From a virus (lineage: Duplodnaviria > Caudoviricetes), in the IMG/VR virus record IMGVR_UViG_3300028833_000141, positions 12,579-76,578 of that record: a stretch of DNA of 64,000 nucleotides; one strand, 5' to 3'. The number at the start of each line of letters is the position of its first letter. Position 1 is the first letter of the stretch. A program made the position numbers and the translations under genes. The notes beneath the pieces are model-generated. The model saw only the letters and a list, made by a program, of their open reading frames with translations. It made no database searches and was not told the origin of the DNA. Positions 20,047 to 31,600 of the stretch are shown in pieces.

Positions 20047-23000
20047 TGACAGCCTCCTTTAATTGATCTATTTCACTTTGTTGTTCTTGAATGACTTTTA
20101 CCATTGGAGCAATCAATTGTTCGTAGCACATACCCCAAGTTAATTCGTTATCATCTACATCCTCTCCATAATATGGAACAAGTTCATCATCTTTATAAGA
20201 GGCACTATATAGAGCTAAATTCAAATCTCTACTATTACACCAACTTGCCACATCTTGCGCAATAAACCCCATGCGAGTACGGCGATGATCGCCATGCTTC
20301 CAATAGAAATCAACAGGATTTAAGCCCATTATTAAGTCATGCGCAAAACTAATAGAACCAGTTACATCTTTTTCTTTTCTATCGGATGTACTATTGTTAG
20401 AGTTAATACAATATACAGCCGCCCAACGGTTTGACGAAGTACCACTTACAACAGATTGATCTCCGTCCGGTCTAAATATGCCATTACCGTTAGAAGAAAC
20501 CTCTCTTCTTAAAACAAGACCGCAACCAGCCGAATCAATTTTTACACCGCCGCTACCAGCCCAAATGTGCAAAGCCCCACCAGAGGAAGATGCTTCTGTT
20601 GAACCCCCACTATATATTTGCATATCTCCATCGGTTCTAAATACACCTGAACCATAACTACGATAGGTCAAATTATAGCCACCATCATTTAAGTCAATTT
20701 TCCCTCTATCTGTAGAGCTGTTTCTAAAATGTACTGTACTACCACTAATATACATATTATATGAATTGGCTTCTCCCAATCTTATCGAAGAACCAAAACT
20801 TGCTATTTGGGTAGAACCATCGTAGACATCCATTCCGCCACTTGTAATGATGCATCTCCCATTTGTGCTTGATGATGTAATAACTAAACCTGAGTTTGTA
20901 ACGGAAAGAAAATTAGTTGCGGTTTTGGCAGCGTTACTTGCAGCAGAGTATGCACTTGAAGCATAACTATATGCGCTACTCGCATCTGACGCAGCATCAT
21001 TAACATCACTGACTAATCCATTTAATGTAATATTTCCAATTTTGACAGTTCCATCAATAGTAAGAGTTGAGCCATTATAAACCAACTTTCCATAAGCAAG
21101 GTTAAATGTTCCATCAGAATTGATCTGCGTTTGATTGTTACTACCTGCATATAAATTTCCGTTTGAATCTATATAAAGTCCAGTCTGACCTGTAGCACTC
21201 GAAGTCTTATTGCCAGCAGAAAGGGAAGTAGCCGAAACCGCACCTTTGACAGAAAGGGAAGAACCATTAAATACAAGTTTGTCTGTCCCTAAAGTCAGAG
21301 TGCCACTACTTCCGATTTGGACTTCATTGTTACTACCTGCATATAGATTTCCGCTTGAATCAATATAAAGTCCGGTCTGCCCTGTAAGATTAGAAGTCTT
21401 ATTTCCTGTTGATAAAGAAATGGCTTTTACATGACCATCAACACTTAATGTTACTCCATCGTATTTAAACCTACCGCCACCAAAATTGAATAATCCTGTG
21501 TCGAGATTCAGAATCGATCCTTCTGTATTATCAACACCGCCATTCAAACCATTATAGTTAATGTCTTTGATGTAGCCTGTCGTGATACATTTTCCGTCAA
21601 TCCAAGTTGTACCTTGCGCCAAACCGCCAAATGTGGCAAGCCGAGCGGTTATCTTATTTACATCAATAGTATCTAAGATAATATCTGTAACTCTTGTACC
21701 GAATGTTTCCGAATTTAATAACTTGGCAAGCATAGTATTACTGAGTGTTACATCAATATCATCAGATTCACCATAACCGCCTGAACCATCATTACCAGAT
21801 GATGAATTGCGTCCACCGCTGCCCGATCCGTTTCCAAGTAAATAACCCCAATCGTTATAATCAGACCTTGACCGAGTAAAATTAGAAAACTCGATAGACA
21901 AACTATTTGAAGAAGGCAGGCAAGGATTGAAAGTAAATCCAATCATGCGAAGCCTGACATAAGTTTTATCTCTGTATTGAACTAAAACATAATTTCCCGG
22001 ATTAAAGGAATCCCAAAATGGTTCAAATTCACTCAGACCTAATAAATTATCAGCTTCAACAGAAAACACTAATTGTGGTCTTGAAGTTTCAGAAACCTTG
22101 TCTTTCGCATCTTCTAATAATTCACGCATTATATCTATTTTGCGTGACGTAGAATCAATAGAAGTCGTTATTATATTTTCATTTTCATAATCAGAATCAC
22201 GCAGTAATCTATAAATCGTATTACATTCATCAGCAGTAAAATAAGAATCGTATTGGACGCTTTGAGTTATCGCAACTCTTTGAGATTGAATATCATTTTG
22301 TAATTGCTTCAATGAATCAATCTGCGTTTGCAGAGTTTCAAGATATGCTTGTGCAGATAAAACATTGTTGTAATAAACCATATAATCATCATAGCGGTAT
22401 AAAAGGGAAGTATTACCATACGATGATTTCTCTGCCGTAGTAAGTTCATTCCAAGTCTTGATTTCATAGCCAGATGAATTTTTACGAATTACAATCGAAG
22501 CCGATTCTCCGCTGCCTACGCCTTCTTGCTCTTCAAGCATTAAATCCATATTCTGCTTATAAGTATCTATTTTGGCTTGTAATTCAATAGTTCCGAACAA
22601 GCTCCAATTTGTTTCCCATTCTTTGATCTTATTCCTATATAAAGTTATCTGTTCATCCGTCCAATAGGATTGATCGTTATAGTTCGGATAAACAACAATT
22701 GCACAGGTAACTTCATCTATCAACGAATTATAAGCGCAATAATCCCACCAATATGGTGTAGTCTTTATATATGATTCTTTAATGCTGCCATCAATATTGA
22801 GTCCTGCGTCACCGTATTCATTCTTATACAGAGTTTTCAAAGTCGCTAACAGATTCTTATAATGAGTCAGCATAGCTTTGAGTTCATCTATAGTGAATGT
22901 ACTCCAATCATTACTGAGTTCATCATTAGGAACACGATTTTCAATTTCTGATATTTCAGCAGCATAAGTTTCATACTGCTTCGACAAGGTGATATATTCT

Positions 23001-24661
23001 TCGCGCTGTTGCTCACGAAATTCTTTAAACGCATTATATTTTTCAGACAGCGAATCAGAAACATATATCTTGTCACCATCTTCATTGACAGCGTTCATTT
23101 TATATCCCAAATCTTCGACATACGGACTACCGAAATTTACTCTTGTGATTCCTAAATCATCACCGCCTGTAACATATAATCGAGTAGCTAATCTATCTTC
23201 CTCGGTATTGATTTTTAAGGAATTAACTAAATTGTCATATCCTAAAACAATACCTGTATCAGAACCAATTTCCGACACAGGCGTTAGATTGACTTTGCGA
23301 TTTAATAAATCAAAGGTGACTATACATTCGGCTGAACTTGACAATGATTGAGTCAAGAATGAATAAACGGTTTCATTTGCTTCAAATTGATATTTCTTAT
23401 TAGCCAAAGAATAATCACCGTTTTCAACACCGTATATATCTCCAACCGTCCATCCTGTGTTTTCCAGAATGATAGGGAGCATACTTAACTGATTTCTATA
23501 TTTTGTGTAAAACTGAATCAGATAGTTTATTCTGCCATCTAATAAATCGGTAAGAATATATGAAGATACTACATTTCCCTCGGTCAGAGAATAAGAGTAT
23601 TTATATGAAGTTACTGCATATACGTTTTCGATAGTGACATTCTCCAAATCAGAAATACCTGTAGCATACCAAACCGCACTCATCAGCATATTTTGGTAGT
23701 CATATATATTGTCACTTAAAACATAGGTGTAATCATATGAAGTTATCTGTCCGTTAGAACGATTTATAGTTTCTTGAATAGTAGGGGAGTTGATACGCTT
23801 TGAACAAACTCTATGTGATGTCTCACCATCATGTACATACGCATAGCTGATACGCAAATCACATGTAACAGGTACATAAGAAACACCGATGCAATTATCA
23901 ATTTGCGCTATACTAATAGTGTATGAATATCTGTTTAATGGCAAAGTAAATTCTACGTTTCTTGAAGTTTCGCCATTGTACTGAGGAATAATATATTCGA
24001 CAAAATTAGTATCCTTTGTACCATCCTCATTATCAAAATAAATCGCTCTATTCTTCAATCGAGGAATGAGTGTTGTAATGTCTGTTATTTCTTGCACCTT
24101 TTCAGCATCAGAAACAACAATATCTCCATTTGCATTTTCAGCACCAAAATGTCCGTTTCGTAATAATGCTAAAAATTCGGTAAGCTGTTCTGGAAATGTG
24201 TTATATAATACGATCCAATCATAAGGTATGCCTGTATATGGATTAACAAGTTCATCCGTTTCGTCAGAATCATATTCTACAAGATATTCCATTGATGTTT
24301 TCTTACCTGTATTGATAGATAAATCTATGTTTTTATCTTCAAGTTCTGAATCAATAGAGTATGCTTTAACACTTTTTCTGCTTTTATTTTCATCATTTAA
24401 TATTTCCGGATGAATCATTTTGAAGAATCCAACATGATCTACATAAAGATACATACCTTCATGGATATAGCTGTACCAATTAGATATATCATCATTATTT
24501 GTAACTTCAAAACTTAATTCATATTGCCGATTCAAATGTATGCTTAAAGATGCTGTTGATTGATCTATGATATTATCAAGACAACCGAGGATCGTCTTAT
24601 CTGCTTTTGCTAAATAAATACTTAAAGGAGTGGGGTTATTATAAATATCTATTGTAAACAT
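20027..24661 (-). CDS. Minor tail/baseplate protein with C-terminal peptidase S74 chaperone domain
   Basis: 1544 aa after Dit; Tal-like N-term, coiled coil, beta-rich repeats, SDRKEK..GFIAQDV..YEQLIAP..Q coiled-coil end. Confidence 0.85.
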   Translation of the reverse strand: MFTIDIYNNPTPLSIYLAKADKTILGCLDNIIDQSTASLSIHLNRQYELSFEVTNNDDISNWYSYIHEGMYLYVDHVGFFKMIHPEILNDENKSRKSVKAYSIDSELEDKNIDLSINTGKKTSMEYLVEYDSDETDELVNPYTGIPYDWIVLYNTFPEQLTEFLALLRNGHFGAENANGDIVVSDAEKVQEITDITTLIPRLKNRAIYFDNEDGTKDTNFVEYIIPQYNGETSRNVEFTLPLNRYSYTISIAQIDNCIGVSYVPVTCDLRISYAYVHDGETSHRVCSKRINSPTIQETINRSNGQITSYDYTYVLSDNIYDYQNMLMSAVWYATGISDLENVTIENVYAVTSYKYSYSLTEGNVVSSYILTDLLDGRINYLIQFYTKYRNQLSMLPIILENTGWTVGDIYGVENGDYSLANKKYQFEANETVYSFLTQSLSSSAECIVTFDLLNRKVNLTPVSEIGSDTGIVLGYDNLVNSLKINTEEDRLATRLYVTGGDDLGITRVNFGSPYVEDLGYKMNAVNEDGDKIYVSDSLSEKYNAFKEFREQQREEYITLSKQYETYAAEISEIENRVPNDELSNDWSTFTIDELKAMLTHYKNLLATLKTLYKNEYGDAGLNIDGSIKESYIKTTPYWWDYCAYNSLIDEVTCAIVVYPNYNDQSYWTDEQITLYRNKIKEWETNWSLFGTIELQAKIDTYKQNMDLMLEEQEGVGSGESASIVIRKNSSGYEIKTWNELTTAEKSSYGNTSLLYRYDDYMVYYNNVLSAQAYLETLQTQIDSLKQLQNDIQSQRVAITQSVQYDSYFTADECNTIYRLLRDSDYENENIITTSIDSTSRKIDIMRELLEDAKDKVSETSRPQLVFSVEADNLLGLSEFEPFWDSFNPGNYVLVQYRDKTYVRLRMIGFTFNPCLPSSNSLSIEFSNFTRSRSDYNDWGYLLGNGSGSGGRNSSSGNDGSGGYGESDDIDVTLSNTMLAKLLNSETFGTRVTDIILDTIDVNKITARLATFGGLAQGTTWIDGKCITTGYIKDINYNGLNGGVDNTEGSILNLDTGLFNFGGGRFKYDGVTLSVDGHVKAISLSTGNKTSNLTGQTGLYIDSSGNLYAGSNNEVQIGSSGTLTLGTDKLVFNGSSLSVKGAVSATSLSAGNKTSSATGQTGLYIDSNGNLYAGSNNQTQINSDGTFNLAYGKLVYNGSTLTIDGTVKIGNITLNGLVSDVNDAASDASSAYSYASSAYSAASNAAKTATNFLSVTNSGLVITSSSTNGRCIITSGGMDVYDGSTQIASFGSSIRLGEANSYNMYISGSTVHFRNSSTDRGKIDLNDGGYNLTYRSYGSGVFRTDGDMQIYSGGSTEASSSGGALHIWAGSGGVKIDSAGCGLVLRREVSSNGNGIFRPDGDQSVVSGTSSNRWAAVYCINSNNSTSDRKEKDVTGSISFAHDLIMGLNPVDFYWKHGDHRRTRMGFIAQDVASWCNSRDLNLALYSASYKDDELVPYYGEDVDDNELTWGMCYEQLIAPMVKVIQEQQSEIDQLKEAVNELYSN

Positions 24662-24662
24662 A

Positions 24663-25553
24663 TTAGAAACCTCCTGCCTTTAAAATATCTCTATAACGAA
24701 TTTGTATATCTTCAATAGTATTTCCATCCGAAGGAGTGAATACTAAATTGTTTTCATTCGGAACAAAGGAAAGCCAATAAAAAAGAACCATATCTGTAGA
24801 TATGAAATTATAATTATCAGCCTCAGATGGAACTACGCCAATATCTCCCAAAGAAACTAATTTACCATTTTGATCTGTAACTATTTTTTGTTCGCAATCT
24901 ATTGTGATTTGGGATTTTCCTTCCGGTAAAGTAATAGCCATAATGCTATTGTTATCTGATGTATTCTTTATCTCTAAAGATTCATCACTACCAAATGTAC
25001 TTGACGATGTAATTATTACCTTTGGTTTTAAATATTCTTGATGTTCCGAAGAAAGATTTATGACTCTTCCATTAACTGCTGCGCTACCATCTGTAACTTT
25101 GAAAACTGATTTTCTTTCATCTGAATATGCGTAAGGTGCATTACAAGTAAACTGTAAATATAAACCAAAACAATCTCCCCGATGATTGAAAGGTTGCACA
25201 TTAGTAAACACTCCAAAATAATGGGCAGTCATATCATCTTGTTTTAATGGCACAACAAGTTCAGTTGGTTTCTTTGGACTTTCAAGCCATCCTCTGAGAT
25301 AATGAATATCATCACCTGTTAATTTAAAATCTTCCCAAGTTTCACATTCATCTTCATCTTTGATAATTAAAAAATCCAAAACAAGGGCATCTGAATATGT
25401 TGTGCCGAAATGGTTTGGTTTCGCTCTTAATGAAGTGATCTCTGATTTATCAATACTTCTTGAAACAAAAGATTGAGAGTTTTCAGGATCGTACATCTTC
25501 ATTGACCATTCAGATAGCCACGAATCACCAAACATAAAATCTTCACTTATCAT
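24663..25553 (-). CDS. Distal tail protein (Dit-like)
   Basis: Position after the tape measure; WLESP..FTCNAPYAY motif; RBS favours the start MISEDF. Confidence 0.75.
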   Translation of the reverse strand: MISEDFMFGDSWLSEWSMKMYDPENSQSFVSRSIDKSEITSLRAKPNHFGTTYSDALVLDFLIIKDEDECETWEDFKLTGDDIHYLRGWLESPKKPTELVVPLKQDDMTAHYFGVFTNVQPFNHRGDCFGLYLQFTCNAPYAYSDERKSVFKVTDGSAAVNGRVINLSSEHQEYLKPKVIITSSSTFGSDESLEIKNTSDNNSIMAITLPEGKSQITIDCEQKIVTDQNGKLVSLGDIGVVPSEADNYNFISTDMVLFYWLSFVPNENNLVFTPSDGNTIEDIQIRYRDILKAGGF

Positions 25554-25579
25554 TAAAATTGCCCTCCTTATAAGAAAAA

Positions 25580-25603
25580 GGGTAGTCACCGAAATGACTA
25601 CCC
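25580..25603 (-). terminator. Intrinsic terminator after the tape measure gene
   Basis: GGGTAGTCA-tttcgg-TGACTACCC followed by TTTTT. Confidence 0.8.
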
Positions 25604-25613
25604 ATGTACTTAA

Positions 25614-28600
25614 CTATATTCTTCTCGTACCACCCGTTCTTACGAAATCTTTTTTGATACGCTCAGTAGTATAGTTATATGATTGCTCTAAGAAATCTTG
25701 ACTAAACCGTTTAAGTTCTTCGACAACAGATCGATCAACATTTCCCTCTATATTGATTAAATTATCATAGTGTTGATTAACACTGGCTGCACCAAATGTA
25801 CCATTAGCGTTTATAGGCATTCTGCCTGATGCCATTTGATACAAGCGTTGGGTGAGGGCAGAAGGTACTACTCCGTCACCAGGATTGAAATGTGATATTA
25901 TGCCGTTCTTAGTTACAAGCAATTCACTTCCAGCTTCATTTGATAAACCAACAAGACTACTTCCTACTCTGCGTGTTCCGGATGCAAAGTGGGTTTGAAT
26001 ACCAGAAACACCATAGAAAGCAAGCAACTTTTCTAAAGATTTTGAAACTAAAGCTGCATTATCTTCTTGAATTGTTTTAGCATCAGCAAGAAGTTGTTTC
26101 ATATCTTCGAGATTTACACCGAGTTTTTCCCATTTTTCGTCAAACTCTTCACTGAGAATGTCCTGCATCTCATCAAGGGCATCGGACGATAAATCGAAAT
26201 AATGATCTCTGCGAGTTTCAGCTAAATCTTCTTGCGCTTCTACAAGCTGTTCTTGTAGCCTCGCCATAGATGCTTTAGCTTCTGCCGTTCCAATTCCTTC
26301 AAGTGCTGCTATCTGTGCAGTCAACTCTTGAATATCTTTAGTCTTATCTTTTATTGTCTTATCATAATCATAATATGACTTTTTGGCTGATAAAGCCTTA
26401 TTTCGTGAGTCAACAAGTTTCTTCAAAGCATCAAGTTCTGCCTGATCAATATCCTTATACATTTCACGAATCTCATTTATATATCCCTTCATATCGGATG
26501 CAGAGGATAAGAGATTTTTTTGTAATTCGGCTTGTTTATCAAAATACTCTTCCTGAGTGTACATGCCTTGTGCATAAAGGTTATTCAGATTCTTAATGTC
26601 ATTAGCGTAGTTGCCAACTTCATCCCTTGTTGCTTCAAACTGCTTTGCTAACAAAGCGACTCTGGTAATACCATAATCTGTAAAGTTATGTTCTCTATCA
26701 AACAACATATCATCATCAATCAAATTAGATAAGCCGTTTAAAGTATCACTAAGCTTTTCTGCTGCTTTGTGCGCACGCTCGAATGAACGCCAATACACAT
26801 CATCACGCAAAGCATCCCTGAGTTTATCAATATCTGCCTGTAAAGAATTGACATCCGCTTTATATCCCATGTAAGCGGTTTCCCATTCATCAGCAGTTTT
26901 GCCGCCATACACTCTATCGCTTGAACTTAATGCCTTTTGCCAATCACGATATGCTTGATTTGCTTCACTTTCCAAATCGGCTAACTTAGAAAGGTTAGCA
27001 TCAATTTGATTTGTATAATCTTGTTCAGAAGAATCACGACCAAGTTGTTCATTCAAATCAAGAATGGATTCGTAATATTTCTCGATAGAGTCAAGACGAG
27101 CGAGTGCTTTGTCAAGAACATCATAAGGCAATTGTGCGATTGCATTATTATATTCTTCTTGATCTTTAGCGCACTCTTGAATCTTAGTTCTATAATCAGA
27201 GACAGCATTAGTAGCATCTATATATTCCTGACTGCTTGTAGTCCAAAGACCTTTGGCTAAATTATCAGCAATTACTTCATTTAATGCACTAATTTCTCTG
27301 GTATAAGAATCTTGCAGACGCATACTATTACCGATCAATGAACCATAATCATAACTACTTAAAGATAATCCTCTTGTAGTTTTCAAATCTTGCTGTGCTT
27401 GCAATAAATCCATATCGGCAGTAATAGTATTCTGCTCATTAGTAAATTCTTGCTGCACATTCTCAAATTTCTGCCGACCAAGTGCAGCTTGTTCGATCTT
27501 AGCTGTTGCTTCGTCAATTTCTAATTGTGCTTGCGCTTCGTTATATGAAGTCAAAGCCATGTTATAGTTATAACATGCTTGATAGAAAGCCATAGATACA
27601 TAGCCTTTAGAAACGTATTCGGCAAGTTTAGTAATTATAGAAGCACTGATTTCTTTCCTGGAATTAACAGCACTTTTTGCAGCTTCGATATATTGTTCAA
27701 CTGCTTTACGAGTCTTATTATTATTTGATAATTTCTTTAATTTGCTCGTAACGCCAGACATATCTGACACTGAACTAATATAAGAATTTACAGAATCACT
27801 TAATCTATTAACAAGTTCTCTGTCATTGTCAACAATAGCAGAGTAGTATGTTGAAGCCTGATCAAGTAAGCTGTTCTTTGCAGTAAACCCTGTTGCTGCA
27901 TCTGCTTGTTTTGACAAAACATCAATTCGGCTGTCTGCTTGATCATTTTGTGCTTCTGTCATATCAAGCATATTTTGGAATATCTCGGCACTTGTTTCAG
28001 CATAATTAACCGCAGCTTCAAGACGAGTATCTTCTAATATCTTCTGAATATCTTTACTTGTCGTTAAACCTTCATTATATGAAACGAAACTAACATACAA
28101 ACTTGGATTATATTTTCTGATAGTTTTAAGAGTACCGGATGCGATTGCGGTTTTTTCTTTTATACAGTTTTGTGCCTTCTTTATAGCATTCCTATATGCT
28201 TTAAGCTGTTTCTTTGATAATTTCTTTCCCTTATACTTCCGCTTTTTAGCATTCTTTGTTTTATACGCTTTTGATGCTTTCTTTCCGGCTGAATTTGCTG
28301 CTTTATCTTCTTGTGCTGCAAAATCACTTTCAATTGATGTGACGTTTTCATCGTATGCGGATTGCTGTGATAAGAGAAGTTCATTCCTTGCTGCCAATTG
28401 ACTCATAGCAAATGCGCCTGTAGCATTTGAACCACTTGTCGCAATTGTCGAGAGAGATTCCGCTAAATCTATTTTAGCATCCCTTTGAGCATCACGAAGG
28501 TCTTTAAGACTCTTGATGTAGTCATAAATGCTTTCTCTGAGTTCATCAACAGCATCTTTAGCATCTTGCGCTTTGTCATAAAATTCCTGGTAATCCTTTA

Positions 28601-31600
28601 TGACTTCCTGCATCTTTTTGCCGTAAGACGAAATATTCAGTTTACCATTTGCAACACCTTTACGGATATTCTTTGCAGCTTTTTTGCTGATTAGTTTTCT
28701 CTTAACAGCTTGATTCAACACAGAATTGGCTTTACTTTGATAACGATTAGACGCTATGCTTTCATTTCCGATTTGCGTAAGAGAAGCGGTAATAGCAGAC
28801 GAATATTGACTTGCAGCTTTGTCGTAATTGCCACGCTCAATATTTAAGTCCGCACGCTTTGTGAATCTTTCTATCTTTTTGGTCTGGCGTTCGAGGCGTA
28901 TTTCGATCCAATCAAATAATTTCTCAAACCAATTTTGGAATTTCTCTAAAGCCTTTCCACCGCCTTTTGCGTAAGCAGTTCCTTCTGCGAGGGCAGAACC
29001 ATTAGCCATAGTTCTTCCACGACCAAGAGCATATCCATTATTTAATAATGAACGAGATTGGAGGTGATTAAATACAATCGCATCTTTTGGCAAATCAACG
29101 AATTCTGCGCCTTTTTCGCCAACAGTATGCCAAGTTGCATTGTGAGGGTCTACTACGATTTCCTCCATTTATATTTTCGCTGATTCGCTACATCAGCGAG
29201 ATTGTAAAACAATCCTCATACTTTCGCATGAGATTAGACTATATCTTTATGTGATATATAATTCACATATTTACCATTTCGGATTACCAATCGCTTGCAA
29301 TCCTACTCCCTAAAAGGGATAGTCGTTGAACCTTTTCCTATTCGGAACTTGGCTGCTGATTATCCAATTCATACAGTTTTCAAACTTTCACGATTAGTCA
29401 TTTTTCATACTTGCGTTGTAGTCTGTATGACTCTAAGGATGTTCCAGCAATTAGATAAATTTGCTCTATACATTACTGTATAGAGGGGCATACGAAATAC
29501 CCAATTCGCCCACTAAAGTACGACCACCTGCGCCAACGCCCCAATAGCCTCCGGCATATGATGTGCCGTAAGCGTGGGCAGAACCATTTGCTCGATTTCC
29601 ACCGCCTGATGGTGGGGAATTAGTTGATACATTCGTCCAATATATGTATCTATATTGATTTGAAACAGATAGAGTGTTGGTATAATTATCTTTCCAGTTT
29701 ACTATTCCGTTAGCAGTTTGGTCTGGCATTTTATCATAATTATCTTTCCAGTTTACTGTTCCGTTAGCATTTTGATCTGGAAGTGGATCAACATTCATAT
29801 CTAATGCAACTGCAAAATCGTTGTTCTGCAACGCTGATTTAATACTATCAACAGAAGAGGTATCTACTTCTGCATCAATTTCCAATTCCGCAGATTGATC
29901 TTGGATTTTCCCTTGAAGTTCTGCTAATTTAGCATCTGATTCAGATGTATCTGCTCCAACTGAAACTTCTATATCTCTTTGGTTTGAAACTTGATTAAAT
30001 TCATTTAATAAACTAACAAGTTCTTTTTGCCCCTTAGATAAGCCTTTTGTGTCTACTTTCAGTATCGCAGGTTTATCAAGTTCTTGTAATTCCGATTCAC
30101 AATAAGCAATTATTTTATTTGCGTTTTCAATATCAGAAGTATCAACATCAGGACGAAGCTTCAAATCGTTCATTTGATTGATATTTCTTTCAAGAACTTT
30201 TCTATAATCATCGCCTTCGGCTGTAATAGTTAGGGCAGAACCTATACCAACTTCATCTTTAAATTTACTTAGTTTTTCTAAAGATTTAACAGCATCCTCT
30301 GCACCATCTTTCAAATCGCCATGAGCGATAGTGTCACCAACATCACTTAATGAGTATTCAAAATCTGAAAGAGATAATCCTGCTTCGGCAAGCTGAGTCT
30401 GTAAATCAGACAGTTTTTCTTCGCCAATGCTTTCGGTAAATTTCTCCATAGAGAAAGATGCTTGATCTGCTTTCGGAACATATTCACTTATGATGTCCGA
30501 TAAGGCTTGTTGCTTTTGAGCCGCAACTTCGGTAGCTGTTCCAGAATATAAAACTGCCTCATTGTATTTACGAACAGTATCAACACATCCCTCGTAAACA
30601 TTTCCGTTAGCATCAAAGAGGGAGGCGTAATTCTCTTGCATTGTCGCAGCATCTTCCGACATTTTCTGCGTAAGTTCTTGTGATTCTTGTTGGATGCGTT
30701 CTAATTCTGCTTTATCATCTTGATAAGCCTGTTGTCTTGCATTCCTTGCAAATGGAGAAACATCTGCCATATCTTCCGGAGTATAGCGTTGCATCTTTGT
30801 GCTGAGTGCTTCTTCTTGCCTATTAAGAGAATTAAGCTGATTTTGTCTTGCACTATACCGATCTATTAAAGATAATGAACCAAATGAATCAGGTTTACTA
30901 AGAACCTCATTAGCCGCTGTTGCTGCACTACGACCTTGAATCTCGGCAAGCCTCTCTTGCAGTTTGATTTGGTTTTCAAGAAGTCTATTTTGCCGTTCAA
31001 GATTATTTAATTCTTGTTGTTCATTTATAGATAACTTATCTTTATTCTGTAATTCTTTTCTGCGAATATTATTTTCCGAAAGCTCTTTATTTAAAGATTC
31101 TAAACTCGATTGAGTTTCATTATATGATTTTCTTGAATCTTCGGCTTTCTTTTGCATTTCACCAAAAGAGGTAGTGCAAAGATCAATAAGTGCAATTGTT
31201 CCGGCAATTCCGGCAGAAACGCCAATAAATGATCCTAAAGCTGTAGTAGATAATCCTAAATATTTTGCTAAAGAAGCAAAGGATTTTTCAACACCGCCTA
31301 ATTTAGCAATCTTTAATATGCCAGCGATTCCTGCTCCTGTTCCTACAGTTCCAAATAAACCAATCTCTCCTGTGATAGAATCAATAATTCCAAGAATTTG
31401 TGTAAGTCCATCAACGACTACACCCATATCTTCCCTTGTGAAAAGATTCTGAGCAATGCCTACTCCGGTTTCTCTAAGTGCATTAAGTTTAAATGTGAGG
31501 GATTCCGATACGGTTTCCATCTCTGCCATAGCTGAACCGGCACTTTCAGACATGGATTTAAGTGATGATTCTACGGCATCAAAATTGTCAAGAATCGCGG

